Shown here one piece after another: positions 48,549 to 57,943 of a DNA stretch of 64,000 nucleotides (position 1 is the first letter of the stretch; each line of letters opens with the position of its first letter). The translations under genes and the position numbers were made by a program. This DNA comes from an uncultured Candidatus Binatia bacterium (GTDB taxonomy: Bacteria; Desulfobacterota; Binatia; UBA9968; JAJDTQ01). The stretch lies in contig OZ244070.1 of the NCBI GenBank assembly GCA_965215605.1, forward strand, positions 960,001 through 1,024,000, read 5' to 3'. Under the pieces are notes generated by a model. That model searched no databases, was not told the DNA's origin, and worked only from the letters and a program-made list of their open reading frames with translations.

Positions 48549-50114
48549 TCAGAACCCGATGGCGCAGCCGTCCTTGCGCGGATCGGACGCGCCCATGAGA
48601 ACCCCGCTTCCGGGCTCCACCACGATGGCGTTGGCGCCCCCGAAGCTCTCGGGCGTCCCGGAAACCACCCGGTGCCCCCGGGCCTCCAGACCGTTGACCG
48701 CTTCGCCGGAGAAACCCGGTTCCAGCGACACTTCGACGCCGGACAGGTGATTGAACCGGGGCGCGGCCAGGGCTTCCTGTGCCGTCATGTCGAAATCCAC
48801 CACATTGGCGATGATCTGACTCTGGACCTGCGCCTGCACGTGGCCGCCCTTGAGTCCCGCCACCAGGACGGGCGCCCCTCCCCGGCAGACCATTCCGGGC
48901 ATCAGCGTATGGCTGGGGCGCTTGCGGGGTGCAAGGCAATTGGGATGCCCGGGGTCCAGATTGAACATGTGCCCTCGGTTCTGGAGAATGATGCCCGTGT
49001 CCTCCACCGCCACCCCGGAGCCGAAGCCCATGAACAGGCTCTGGATGAAGGAGACCCGGTTGCCCCGGCGGTCGGCGACGGCGATGTATTCGGTGTCTCC
49101 CGGAAGCGGCGCCGGGGCCACCTCCACGGCTGCCTCGCGCGCGGAAAGCCCGTCTCTCATGGCACGGAGACGTGTCTCGGACAGGAGGTCCCGCAGGCTT
49201 ACGGTCATGCTCTCGCGGTCGGCGAGATGCCGGTCGCGATCTGCAAAGGCGCGCTTCTTCGCCTCGATGAACAGGTGAAGATAGTCGGCGCCGTTGTGCT
49301 CGAGGGAAGACAGCTCATGGCCCTCCAGGATCTTCAGCATCTCCAGGGCCACGAAACCCTGGGTGGCCGGCGGCAACTGGTAGACCTCGTAACCGCGATA
49401 GTTGACGTGGATGGGATCGACCCATTCCGAGGCGTGCTCCTCCATGTCGCGCATGCTGAAGGTGCCGCCGAGCTTCCGCGAGCAACGCACCAGCTTCTCC
49501 GCCGCCGCTCCGCGATAGAAGAACTCCACTCCTCCCCCGGCGATGCCGCGCATCGTCCGGGCCAGGTCCGGCTGCCGGAACAGTTCTCCAGGCCGTGGAG
49601 CGCGGTCACCGACCAGATAGCCCGCCGCCGCTTCCGGGTTCTTTCTCAGCTTGCCCTCGAGGTTGCGCCACTCGCGGCTGGTAAACGCGCTCACCGGGAA
49701 GCCCTCCTCGGCGTAGCGGATGGCAGGGTCGAGAAGATCCCCAAGCGCGCGCGTGCCGTGCTCCCTGAGCAGCGTCTCCCAGCCATGCACCGCGCCCGGC
49801 ACGGTTACCGAATGGATCCCGCTCTGGGGGACCTCATGAAGGCCCTGCGCGCGAAAGACTTCCGCATCGACACCGCCGGGCGAGCGGCCACTGGCGTCGA
49901 GGGCCTTCATCTCGCCGGTCTCGGCGACATAGAGCAGGGCGAAGGCGTCGCCGCCGATGCCGATGGACATGGGCTCGAGCACGCCGAGCATGGCGGCGAC
50001 GGCAACGGCCGCATCCACCGCGTTGCCGCCCTGTGACAGGACCTGGACGCCCACCAGCGAAGCGAGCCGCTGGCTGCAGGCGACCATGCCGTTCGTGCCC
50101 ATGACCGTATCCAT
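48549..50114 (-). CDS. ggt: Gamma-glutamyltransferase family protein (cytoplasmic type)
   Basis: GGNAVDAAVA, GIGGDAF, TVPG, nucleophile GDT, GFGSG, LQNRG, KRP.HT, SDPRKDG; alternative start 50162. Confidence 0.92.
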   Translation of the reverse strand: MDTVMGTNGMVACSQRLASLVGVQVLSQGGNAVDAAVAVAAMLGVLEPMSIGIGGDAFALLYVAETGEMKALDASGRSPGGVDAEVFRAQGLHEVPQSGIHSVTVPGAVHGWETLLREHGTRALGDLLDPAIRYAEEGFPVSAFTSREWRNLEGKLRKNPEAAAGYLVGDRAPRPGELFRQPDLARTMRGIAGGGVEFFYRGAAAEKLVRCSRKLGGTFSMRDMEEHASEWVDPIHVNYRGYEVYQLPPATQGFVALEMLKILEGHELSSLEHNGADYLHLFIEAKKRAFADRDRHLADRESMTVSLRDLLSETRLRAMRDGLSAREAAVEVAPAPLPGDTEYIAVADRRGNRVSFIQSLFMGFGSGVAVEDTGIILQNRGHMFNLDPGHPNCLAPRKRPSHTLMPGMVCRGGAPVLVAGLKGGHVQAQVQSQIIANVVDFDMTAQEALAAPRFNHLSGVEVSLEPGFSGEAVNGLEARGHRVVSGTPESFGGANAIVVEPGSGVLMGASDPRKDGCAIGF

Positions 50115-50170
50115 GATGCCGTCCGGAAAGATCCGTCCTCCGCTCGCGCCGTCAGAGCCCATGCCGCGGG

Positions 50171-50869
50171 TTACGCGGCCCGGTCCTCCGGCGCATCCCT
50201 CATCGCGGACCCCAGCGCCCCCCGGTAGGCGCGGTCCAGGGCCAGGCAATCCCGGGCCGCCCGGATGACGGCGGCTCCGGTATCCGCGTCGCGCACGTAC
50301 TTCTCCAACACCGGATCGAACATGTCAGAGTGGCCGATGTCGGCGGTCATGTGGAGTTGCGTGTTGGCGTCGAGCTTCTCCACCGAGCCGACGATCTCCC
50401 GGGCCTTTTTCATGGCCATGCGGTGCGTGAAGCCGCCGCCCTTGACGATCTCGTTGTTGTTCTTGCGTTCGGTGGTGTGGTTGATCATCAGGCTCTCGAT
50501 CCACGACCGTGTCGAGCACAGGTGGAACCAGGCCCAGAAAGCGGCCCGCGCCCCGGGCAATAGGTTGGCCTCGTCCGTCGCCACGGCCATGTCGTCGTCC
50601 GTCAGATGCGCCGCGCCCAGCCGCTCGTCGAAGATCAACTCGTCCTTCTCGTGCTCCCAGATGGCCCGCTTGACGTCCAACGGAGCCTTGCCCGAGGCCG
50701 CCGCCCAGCAGTCGCGCCGGCTCTTGATGTAGTGCGGGTAGTGAAGATCCAGGATGGCCTGGCGGGCCGGCGTAAGCCGGACGCCGAAGATGCGCCGGTA
50801 CTCCGCGCTCTCGAAGTGCCGGTTCACCATCTCATCGATGACAACACGCGCCTTGGACCACTCGCTCAT
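50171..50869 (-). CDS. Heme-oxygenase-like diiron protein 3 (divergent)
   Basis: RRDCW, HEKDE...AH...TE...HMTADIGH; clear paralog of proteins 1 and 2. Confidence 0.7.
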   Translation of the reverse strand: MSEWSKARVVIDEMVNRHFESAEYRRIFGVRLTPARQAILDLHYPHYIKSRRDCWAAASGKAPLDVKRAIWEHEKDELIFDERLGAAHLTDDDMAVATDEANLLPGARAAFWAWFHLCSTRSWIESLMINHTTERKNNNEIVKGGGFTHRMAMKKAREIVGSVEKLDANTQLHMTADIGHSDMFDPVLEKYVRDADTGAAVIRAARDCLALDRAYRGALGSAMRDAPEDRAA

Positions 50870-50939
50870 GAGAACCTCCGCTCGGACTCACCCGCCGTCA
50901 TGTCCCGGGGCCCACCCGCGGACTCCGGCCCCCGACGGC

Positions 50940-51278
50940 TCAAACGGGCCAACCGTGCTCGGACACGTCCACGCGGTTCTCTTCGGGGTCCGTGATCCAG
51001 CTTTCCGCGATGGCGCCGTAGGTGTTGGCGTTGGCGGTCTTTTGCACCGACTCCTCGATGGCCTTGACACTGTCCACCACGAACCCGAAGTGATGGATGC
51101 CGTAGGGCAGGTTCGGACTGCTGATGAGCGCCACGTCCACGAAACCATCCGACAGATAGATGGTGCCGTTGGGTCCGCGCGACTTCTCCTCCAGCCCGAA
51201 GTGCTCCTTGTAGTAGTCCGCCATCTTGTCGCGGTCGTGCGTGTTGATGGCGATGTGTCGAATCCTGGGCTTTGCCAT
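50940..51278 (-). CDS. VOC/glyoxalase family protein
   Basis: RIRHIAI, LSDG, GIHHFGFVVD, DPEENRVD; GAAGGAGA RBS. Confidence 0.85.
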   Translation of the reverse strand: MAKPRIRHIAINTHDRDKMADYYKEHFGLEEKSRGPNGTIYLSDGFVDVALISSPNLPYGIHHFGFVVDSVKAIEESVQKTANANTYGAIAESWITDPEENRVDVSEHGWPV

Positions 51279-51322
51279 GAGCCTTCTCCTTCTCCGGTAT
51301 GACGTTGCGGGCCGCCAGGGCC

Positions 51323-52345
51323 TCAGTTCCCGATGATGTTCCTGAGCTTGACCTTCACCGCGGGCGAGGTGGACAGCACACGGTTCACCTGGGCCGCGAC
51401 GTCCGCGGCCGGGACGTGGTCGATGACCATCCTCGTCTTCTTGGCGAGGGCGAGGAACTCCGGGTCTTCCATCGTCGCCTTGAAGGCCCGGCGCAAGGCG
51501 TCGACGCCGGCGGCGGGAGCCTTGGGCGGCGCGGCGAACGGGCGGAAGAAGCGGTACTGGGCCATCCACGCGTTGAACGCCTCCATGTCCTCCGGCGACT
51601 TGATGAAGTCGGTGTACTTGGGAAGGCCCTTCACCTGGGTGTCATTCGAATCGCCCTGTATCAGCACCGGTATCAGCCGGCCGTCCCCCTTGGCGTTGAG
51701 CATGTCCCGGGCGGTGATCTTCATGGACACCCACTGCCAGCAGGCGCCGTCCACCTCCCGGCGGGTCATGGCCGCGCGAATACCCGCGGTGCCCTGGTAG
51801 CCCGGCACCAGCTTCACGTTGGCGCCAATCAACTGTTTCAGGATCCTGGGCTGCTCCCGGGTGCTGCTGCCCGCCGCCCCCATGGTGACCGGCTTCTTCG
51901 ACTTCACCAGGTCCTGAAGGGTCTTGATGCCGCTGAAGCCCATGAACGCGCACACCGGCATGCCCACGCTGGGCGCCCCGATCCACTGGAACTTGCCCGC
52001 GTCGAACTTGATCCCCTCGGTGCCCATGGCCTGCTCCATCACCAGACCGCTGATGAGCATGGCGAAGGTCAGCCCGTCAGGTTTGGCCACGTTGTACAGG
52101 TAGTTGGCGGCGATGAGACTGCCCGCTCCCGGCATGTTCTGGACGATGATGTTCGGCTTCCCCGGCAGGTGCCTGGGCATGTGGCGCGCAATGGCCCGGG
52201 CGTAGGTGTCGTAGCCGCCCCCCGGCGATGTGCCGACGATGAGGCGCAGCGTCTTGCCCTTGTAGTCGGGCGCTGCCTGCACGGTGGCCGCCAGGCACAA
52301 CGCCGCCGCGAGGATGCCGCAAACAACGGTGCTGATTCTGTTCAT
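51323..52345 (-). CDS. TctC/Bug family substrate-binding protein
   Basis: YKGKT..LIVG.SPGGGYD, NMPGAG, KPDGLT, GYQGT, EVDG. Confidence 0.9.
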   Translation of the reverse strand: MNRISTVVCGILAAALCLAATVQAAPDYKGKTLRLIVGTSPGGGYDTYARAIARHMPRHLPGKPNIIVQNMPGAGSLIAANYLYNVAKPDGLTFAMLISGLVMEQAMGTEGIKFDAGKFQWIGAPSVGMPVCAFMGFSGIKTLQDLVKSKKPVTMGAAGSSTREQPRILKQLIGANVKLVPGYQGTAGIRAAMTRREVDGACWQWVSMKITARDMLNAKGDGRLIPVLIQGDSNDTQVKGLPKYTDFIKSPEDMEAFNAWMAQYRFFRPFAAPPKAPAAGVDALRRAFKATMEDPEFLALAKKTRMVIDHVPAADVAAQVNRVLSTSPAVKVKLRNIIGN

Positions 52346-52537
52346 GATTCCTCCGGGCGTTTATGCTGTCGCCAGCGTCGTTTCATCGGAACCGGACGGT
52401 GTCCTGCCATTTACCCCCCTTTCGGCCGCCCGTTCAACCCATTTCCGGTACTCGCAGAGGCCACGATGCTCGTGTAGGATGAGTGGCGCATCCATTCAGT
52501 CACGAAAAGCGGCATTACGGAACTCAAGGGAGCACTC

Positions 52538-53455
52538 ATGGACCAGATACACTTCCCCTACCGATCCAGCAGTCATCTCGCCTTCCTCCACGTCGTGGCG
52601 GAGTCGGGCTCGTGGGAGCGGCACGGTCTCGACGTCGAGTACGACGCCTACATCAGCTCCGAGGACGCCCACCAGCAGGTGGCCGACGGCAGCGTCGAGT
52701 TCATCGGCGGCAATCACGTGTCCACGTATGCGGCGCGCACCCGCGGCGACCAGTGGCTCTACCTGGGCCAGACCGTCAGCCTCCTGGACCACCGGCTCGT
52801 GGTGAGGGCGGACTCCGGCATCGACCAGGTCTCCGATCTGAAGGAGAAGGTCGTGGCGACCCGTGGAAACCACCCGGGTCTCAACAACTGGCTCTTCCTC
52901 AAACAGAACGGCCTCGACCAGGACCGAGGCGACGTGAAGCTCGAAAGGATTCGCGGCGGCACGACCTGGGAGGCCGTGCGGGACGGCAAGGCGGATGCAG
53001 CGCTGGTGAACCCGCCGGTGGACCTCTTCGCTCGGCGCGCGGGCCTGAAGGTCATCCCCCTGAGCCCCCTTCCCATGGTCTGGTTCACCACCATGTCCAG
53101 CGGACGCCGCTTCGTCGACCGGAACCCGGACATCGTCGAGCGCTTCCTCAAGGGCGCCTGTCAGGGCATCGCCTACTTCAAGACCCACCGCGAGGAGTCC
53201 ATCAAGATCATCCGGGAACGGTATCAAAACGAGGGCGAACTCGACCTCGAGGCCGCCACGCGCCTGTGGGAAAGCATCTCGAAGATCCTGAGCCCGAAGC
53301 CCTATGCCTCCTTCGAGGCGGTGGGCAACGTCTACGAGTTGGCCAAGCGCAAGGACCCGGCAGCGGCGCAGGTCGAGCCCATGGCGCTATGGGACTACCA
53401 CTACCTGCGGAAGATCGACGACAGCGGGTTCATCGACGGGTTGTACCAGACCTGA
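52538..53455 (+). CDS. NMT1/SsuA-like substrate-binding protein without signal peptide
   Basis: G.WERHGLDV, DLKEK, V.DGKADAA, NPDIVERFLKG, IDDSGFID.LY. Confidence 0.78.
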   Translation: MDQIHFPYRSSSHLAFLHVVAESGSWERHGLDVEYDAYISSEDAHQQVADGSVEFIGGNHVSTYAARTRGDQWLYLGQTVSLLDHRLVVRADSGIDQVSDLKEKVVATRGNHPGLNNWLFLKQNGLDQDRGDVKLERIRGGTTWEAVRDGKADAALVNPPVDLFARRAGLKVIPLSPLPMVWFTTMSSGRRFVDRNPDIVERFLKGACQGIAYFKTHREESIKIIRERYQNEGELDLEAATRLWESISKILSPKPYASFEAVGNVYELAKRKDPAAAQVEPMALWDYHYLRKIDDSGFIDGLYQT

Positions 53456-53484
53456 GGACGTGGAACTGCCGCGGGGACCGATCG

Positions 53485-54522
53485 ATGACGGAAACGAAGA
53501 CCGTCCTGGTCACCGGCGTGACCGGATTCGTCGCCAAACACATCGTCCTGGAGCTGTTGCGCAAGGGTTATCGGGTGATCGGGTCGTTGCGGTCGGATTC
53601 ACGCCGCGAAGAAGTGCGGTCCGCCGTCCGGCCCCATCTCGGTCCGGCCGGCGAACTCGACGGGCGCCTGGCCTTCGTCAGGTTGGATCTCGACGGCGAC
53701 GACGGCTGGCTCGACGCCATGTCCGGCGTGGACGTCCTCATGCACACGGCGTCGCCACTGCCCATGGTCCAACCGCGGGACGAGAATGAATTGGTCCGGC
53801 CCGCCGTCAACGGCACCCTGAGGGCGCTGGGGGCGGCCTGCGCGGCCGGTATCCGGCGCGTTGTGCTGACGTCCTCGTCCGCCGCCGTCACCAACGTACC
53901 CCGCGGACTCGGCAAACAGCGCTTCGACGAAGAGGACTGGAGCGACCCGTCGTGGCCCAGGATCACGCCTTACCTGAAATCGAAGACCCTGGCGGAGCGG
54001 GCGGCGTGGGATTTCGTCGAGAACAGCGCCCCGGGCATGGAGCTCACCGTCATCAATCCCTGCCTCATCCTCGGGTCCCCGCTCGACGACCACTACGGCA
54101 CGTCGCTGCGGATCATCGAACGGCTGCTCCGCGGCAAGGACCCCCTGCTGCCGAACGTAGGCATTTCCATCGTCGACGTCGAGGACGTGGCGCGGATGCA
54201 CGTCCGCGCCATCACCGAACCGCGCACCGTGGGCAAACGCATCATCGGAGCGGCCGATTTCATGTGGCTCGCGGAGATGGCCCGGACCCTGAAGGACGCG
54301 CATCCCCGGCGCAGGATCGCCTTGCGGACCGCACCAGACTGGGTGATCCGGCTGGTGGGACTGTTCGACCGGCAAATCCAGTCCATCATCCCGCTCCTCA
54401 GCCGGAGGCAGGAACTGGACAATACCCGAGCCCGGGAGCTCCTGGACATGGAATTCGTTCCCGCCGCCGAGAGCCTCCGCGCCACCGCCCGTTACATCAT
54501 GGACCGCGGCCTGGCGGGATGA
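53485..54522 (+). CDS. NAD-dependent epimerase/aldehyde reductase (extended SDR)
   Basis: TGVTGFVA, HTASP, PAVNGT, TSS.AAV, YLKSKTLAERAAW. Confidence 0.92.
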   Translation: MTETKTVLVTGVTGFVAKHIVLELLRKGYRVIGSLRSDSRREEVRSAVRPHLGPAGELDGRLAFVRLDLDGDDGWLDAMSGVDVLMHTASPLPMVQPRDENELVRPAVNGTLRALGAACAAGIRRVVLTSSSAAVTNVPRGLGKQRFDEEDWSDPSWPRITPYLKSKTLAERAAWDFVENSAPGMELTVINPCLILGSPLDDHYGTSLRIIERLLRGKDPLLPNVGISIVDVEDVARMHVRAITEPRTVGKRIIGAADFMWLAEMARTLKDAHPRRRIALRTAPDWVIRLVGLFDRQIQSIIPLLSRRQELDNTRARELLDMEFVPAAESLRATARYIMDRGLAG

Positions 54523-54561
54523 CCCGGAACCCACACGATCCATCTCCTGCGAACTCGGGAG

Positions 54562-55599
54562 CTACTTCGCCTTCCCCTTGACGATCTCGTCATACTTGGC
54601 GAGAAGCTCCGGCGACGCCGAGTAGAGCCCGGCGACGGTCTTCTCCACGGACTCCGGCGAGGCCGGCGAGACGATGAGCTTCTGGCGCTTGGCCTGCTCG
54701 AGCAGCTCCGGGCTGTTGAGCGTATCCGTGAAAGCCTTGCGAAGCGTCGCCACGCGGTCGGGCGGCGTGCCCGGAGGCAAACCGAACAGCCGCAACAGCT
54801 TCCAGGTGCCGATCAGGAAGTCGGCGATCTCTTGCTGCTCGGCATTGAGATTCAGGTCCTTGATCGTGGCAATGCCCGGGATGGGCTTGACCCGCGGCTC
54901 GTCACCGAGGGCCAGGATTGGACGCACCAGCCCGCTTTCGACATAGCGCCGGTAGTTGCCCTGCATGGTGGCCTGGGACATGACCCGAGCGTCCAGCTCT
55001 TTTCGTTCCATGGCGGCCATGACATTGGCCGTGCCGCGGTAGCCCATGATCGCCTTGATGGGATAACCCAGATAGCGCAGGAACTGTGTGGCCGCGGTGG
55101 ACGCGGAGCCGACGCCCGTGGAGCCCGAGTGCAGGGTCTTCTTCGAATTCTTGAAATCCGCGAACGTCTTGACGGGAAGGTCGCTACGCACCCAGAGCAC
55201 CTCGGGAAGGCTGCCGATGGCGGGATCGCCGAGCCAGATGTACTTCCGCGGGTCGAATTTGACGCTCGGGTCCCGGTTCACGGCCTGGAGCAGCGTGCCG
55301 GCGTTGAACACCGCGATGGTGAGGCCGTTGCCCGGCTGCATGGCGTAGACCCGATTCGCCGCGGCCATGCTGCTGGCGCCCGGCATGTTGACCACGATGA
55401 CCGAGGGATTCCCCGGCACGTTCTTGCTGAGGAACCTGCCCAGAAGCCGGGAGAACGTATCGAACCCGCCGCCGGGACTGTAACCGACGACGATGCGGAT
55501 GGTCTTGCCCTTGTAGAACGGCGCGTCCGCCGCGCCGGCGAGCCCCGCCGCCAGAAGCAGCACCGCCATACCCAGGATCATGGAACGAAACATCTTCAT
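54562..55599 (-). CDS. TctC/Bug family substrate-binding protein
   Basis: Signal peptide, FYKGKTIRIVVGYSPGGGFD, NMPGAS, GYRGT, PPGTP. Confidence 0.9.
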   Translation of the reverse strand: MKMFRSMILGMAVLLLAAGLAGAADAPFYKGKTIRIVVGYSPGGGFDTFSRLLGRFLSKNVPGNPSVIVVNMPGASSMAAANRVYAMQPGNGLTIAVFNAGTLLQAVNRDPSVKFDPRKYIWLGDPAIGSLPEVLWVRSDLPVKTFADFKNSKKTLHSGSTGVGSASTAATQFLRYLGYPIKAIMGYRGTANVMAAMERKELDARVMSQATMQGNYRRYVESGLVRPILALGDEPRVKPIPGIATIKDLNLNAEQQEIADFLIGTWKLLRLFGLPPGTPPDRVATLRKAFTDTLNSPELLEQAKRQKLIVSPASPESVEKTVAGLYSASPELLAKYDEIVKGKAK

Positions 55600-55628
55600 T
55601 GGAGTTCCCTCCTTTGGTTGGCGTGGCT

Positions 55629-56042
55629 TCAAAGGCCCGCCTTCGCCTTGATCTTGTCCACCAGCCGCACCGCCACCTCGATGTCCTCCTCCATGGTACG
55701 TCCGCTCACTCCGATGGCGCCCGCCACGGCGCCGTCGTTGTCCTTGATCAGCACACCGCCGCCGATGGACGTCAGGTTCGCGTCGCCGTAGGCGGCGATG
55801 CCGCGGTTGCCCACCATCTTCTCGATCTCCACCGAGTCCCGCCCGAACCACAACGCGGAGTATCCCTTGTTGTGGGAAAGGACGCTGGAACGGTACGGCG
55901 CGCCGTCCATGCGCGTGTAGTGCAAGAGCTCCCGGTGGGCGTTGAGCACCGCCCAGGACACCGGACGCCCGGATTCGTTCGCCAGTTCCCCAAGCAGCTC
56001 GCCGGCTGCTTCGTGAATCACCTTGTGTGACAGGTCTGCCAT
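55629..56042 (-). CDS. GlcG/HbpS-like heme-binding protein
   Basis: RMDGA, NKGYSA, GGGVLI, GAIGVSG...EED. Confidence 0.88.
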   Translation of the reverse strand: MADLSHKVIHEAAGELLGELANESGRPVSWAVLNAHRELLHYTRMDGAPYRSSVLSHNKGYSALWFGRDSVEIEKMVGNRGIAAYGDANLTSIGGGVLIKDNDGAVAGAIGVSGRTMEEDIEVAVRLVDKIKAKAGL

Positions 56043-56317
56043 GTCGTGAACCTCCCTTGTCATCAACGGCCAAACGGCCCGTCGCCGGGTGCCTGCCGGT
56101 GTGGAGGCACCAGCCTGTTCTCTTATTGACCGGCGGGCGCGGAGTCAAGCCGCGAGGAGTCTCCAGGTCTGCCCCGCGCAGGTCGCGGCGCCAGCCGAGC
56201 ATGCCCAGGGTGGCGCCGGCGCACACCACGGCGGCCAGGAGCAGCGTCGACGACGTAGAAAAGCCGGAACTCCCGGTAGGCGAACGACCCCCCGGCCCGG
56301 ACGGAGACACGAACCGG

Positions 56318-57916
56318 TCACGGCTGCGGCGATCGACGCTCCCGTCCCGACGCCACTTCGCTCCGCAGGATCTTGCCCACGGCGCTCTTGGGAATCGTCT
56401 CGGCAAACTCGATCCGGTACGGCACCTTGTAGTGCGCGAGCTCCTCCCGGAGGCTTTCGCGCAATGCTTCGGCCAGTTCGGGCGAGGGGTCGTGACCCTC
56501 CGCCGGCACCACCACGCCCAGGACGCGGTTGCCGATCTCCGGATCGGGCTCGGGCACCACCACCGCCTCGGCCACCGCGGGACGGCGCTGGAGCGCGTTC
56601 TCCACCTCCGTGGGCACCAGGAACAGGCCGCGGGTCTTGAAGCAGTCGTCGCTGCGCCCGGCGATGAAGAAATAACCCTCCCGGTCCCGGTACGCCAGGT
56701 CGCCGGTGTCGTAGACGCCGCCCCGGCGGACCGCCTCGGTCCGTTCCGGGTCGCCGTGGTATTCGAGGAAGAGGCCGGGATCGCCGGTGGAGATCACCGT
56801 GCGCCCGACCGAGCCCGGCGGCACGCCGCGGCCGTCGTCGCCGACGATGTCGATGCCCACGTCCGGCGCCGGCACCCCCACCGAGCCCGGCTTCACCGGA
56901 TGTCGGGCGCCCTGCCCCACCACGAGCTGGTACTCGGACACGCCGTAGTGCTCGTACATCTCGCAGCCGAAACGCGACTTCCACTGGCGGTAGGTGGCTT
57001 CGCGAAGCGCCTCTCCGGTGGAGTGCGCGCCCCGGAGCGTGTGGATGTCGTACGCGTCCTCCACCCCTTCCGTGGCCAGCATCCGCCGGTAGACCGTGGC
57101 CACGGAATGGAGCAGCGTCACGCCCAAGTCCACCACGTGCTCCAGCACGTTCTCGGGCGTGGCGCGGCCGGAAAGCACCGCGCAGGACACCCCGTTCCGG
57201 AGCGGGAAGAGCAGGTTGTGGCCCAGGGCGCTGATGAAGCTCCACTCGCCGGTGGCCATCACCACGTCGTGGGGCTCCGGCGGAAGACGGTAGCGGTTCA
57301 GGTCCCCCAGGGCGACGATCCATCGATGCGCGTGGACGATGCACTTGGGCCGGCCGGTGGTGCCGGAGGTGCATACCATGAAGGCCGGCTCATGGGCCGA
57401 GGTGTCTCTCGTGGCGACGGCCTCCGAAGACTCGCGGACGAGGGACTCGAAGGGCACTTCGCCGCTCCGCGACGCCCCCGCGCACACCAGGGTCCGCACA
57501 CCGGCGGTGCCGCGAAGCCCGCGCAGGGCTTCCGCCCGGGAGCCCTCGGCCACCGCCAGCCGGGGCGCGGTCTGCTCCAGGATGGCCCGGACTTCCCGCA
57601 CCCCCAGCAGGGAGTTGACCACCACGGGCAACGCGCCGAGCTTCACCGCCGCCAGGAAGGCGGTGGCGAACTCCACCGAGTTGGGCATCTGCACCAGCAC
57701 CGGGTCGCCCGGCGAGACCCCCAGCTCCTGGAGACCCCGGGCGAACCCGTGCACCTTGCCGCGAAGCTCCCGGTAGCTGATGGAACCGCCGCGCCAGAGC
57801 ATGGCCGCCCGGTCGCCGCTGCCCGCGACCGCGGGGCGCTCCAGCACTTCGTCGGCGATGTTGAGTCGCCGGGGGATCTCTCGATAGCCCGGCCACGGGC
57901 GGGATGGTTCCGGCAT
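56318..57916 (-). CDS. Acyl-CoA synthetase (benzoate-CoA ligase-like)
   Basis: TSGTTGRPK, STGEAL, YGVSE, TGD, GRSDD..K, PKS..GKILR. Confidence 0.9.
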   Translation of the reverse strand: MPEPSRPWPGYREIPRRLNIADEVLERPAVAGSGDRAAMLWRGGSISYRELRGKVHGFARGLQELGVSPGDPVLVQMPNSVEFATAFLAAVKLGALPVVVNSLLGVREVRAILEQTAPRLAVAEGSRAEALRGLRGTAGVRTLVCAGASRSGEVPFESLVRESSEAVATRDTSAHEPAFMVCTSGTTGRPKCIVHAHRWIVALGDLNRYRLPPEPHDVVMATGEWSFISALGHNLLFPLRNGVSCAVLSGRATPENVLEHVVDLGVTLLHSVATVYRRMLATEGVEDAYDIHTLRGAHSTGEALREATYRQWKSRFGCEMYEHYGVSEYQLVVGQGARHPVKPGSVGVPAPDVGIDIVGDDGRGVPPGSVGRTVISTGDPGLFLEYHGDPERTEAVRRGGVYDTGDLAYRDREGYFFIAGRSDDCFKTRGLFLVPTEVENALQRRPAVAEAVVVPEPDPEIGNRVLGVVVPAEGHDPSPELAEALRESLREELAHYKVPYRIEFAETIPKSAVGKILRSEVASGRERRSPQP

Positions 57917-57943
57917 GGTCCTGTCGCGGTTATCGGGCGGCCT

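Noticed and set aside
46613-52345. Triple-HDO operon as PQQ biosynthesis or a RiPP cluster
   Set aside because: No pqqA/B/D/E, radical SAM enzyme or precursor peptide visible in the short intergenic gaps
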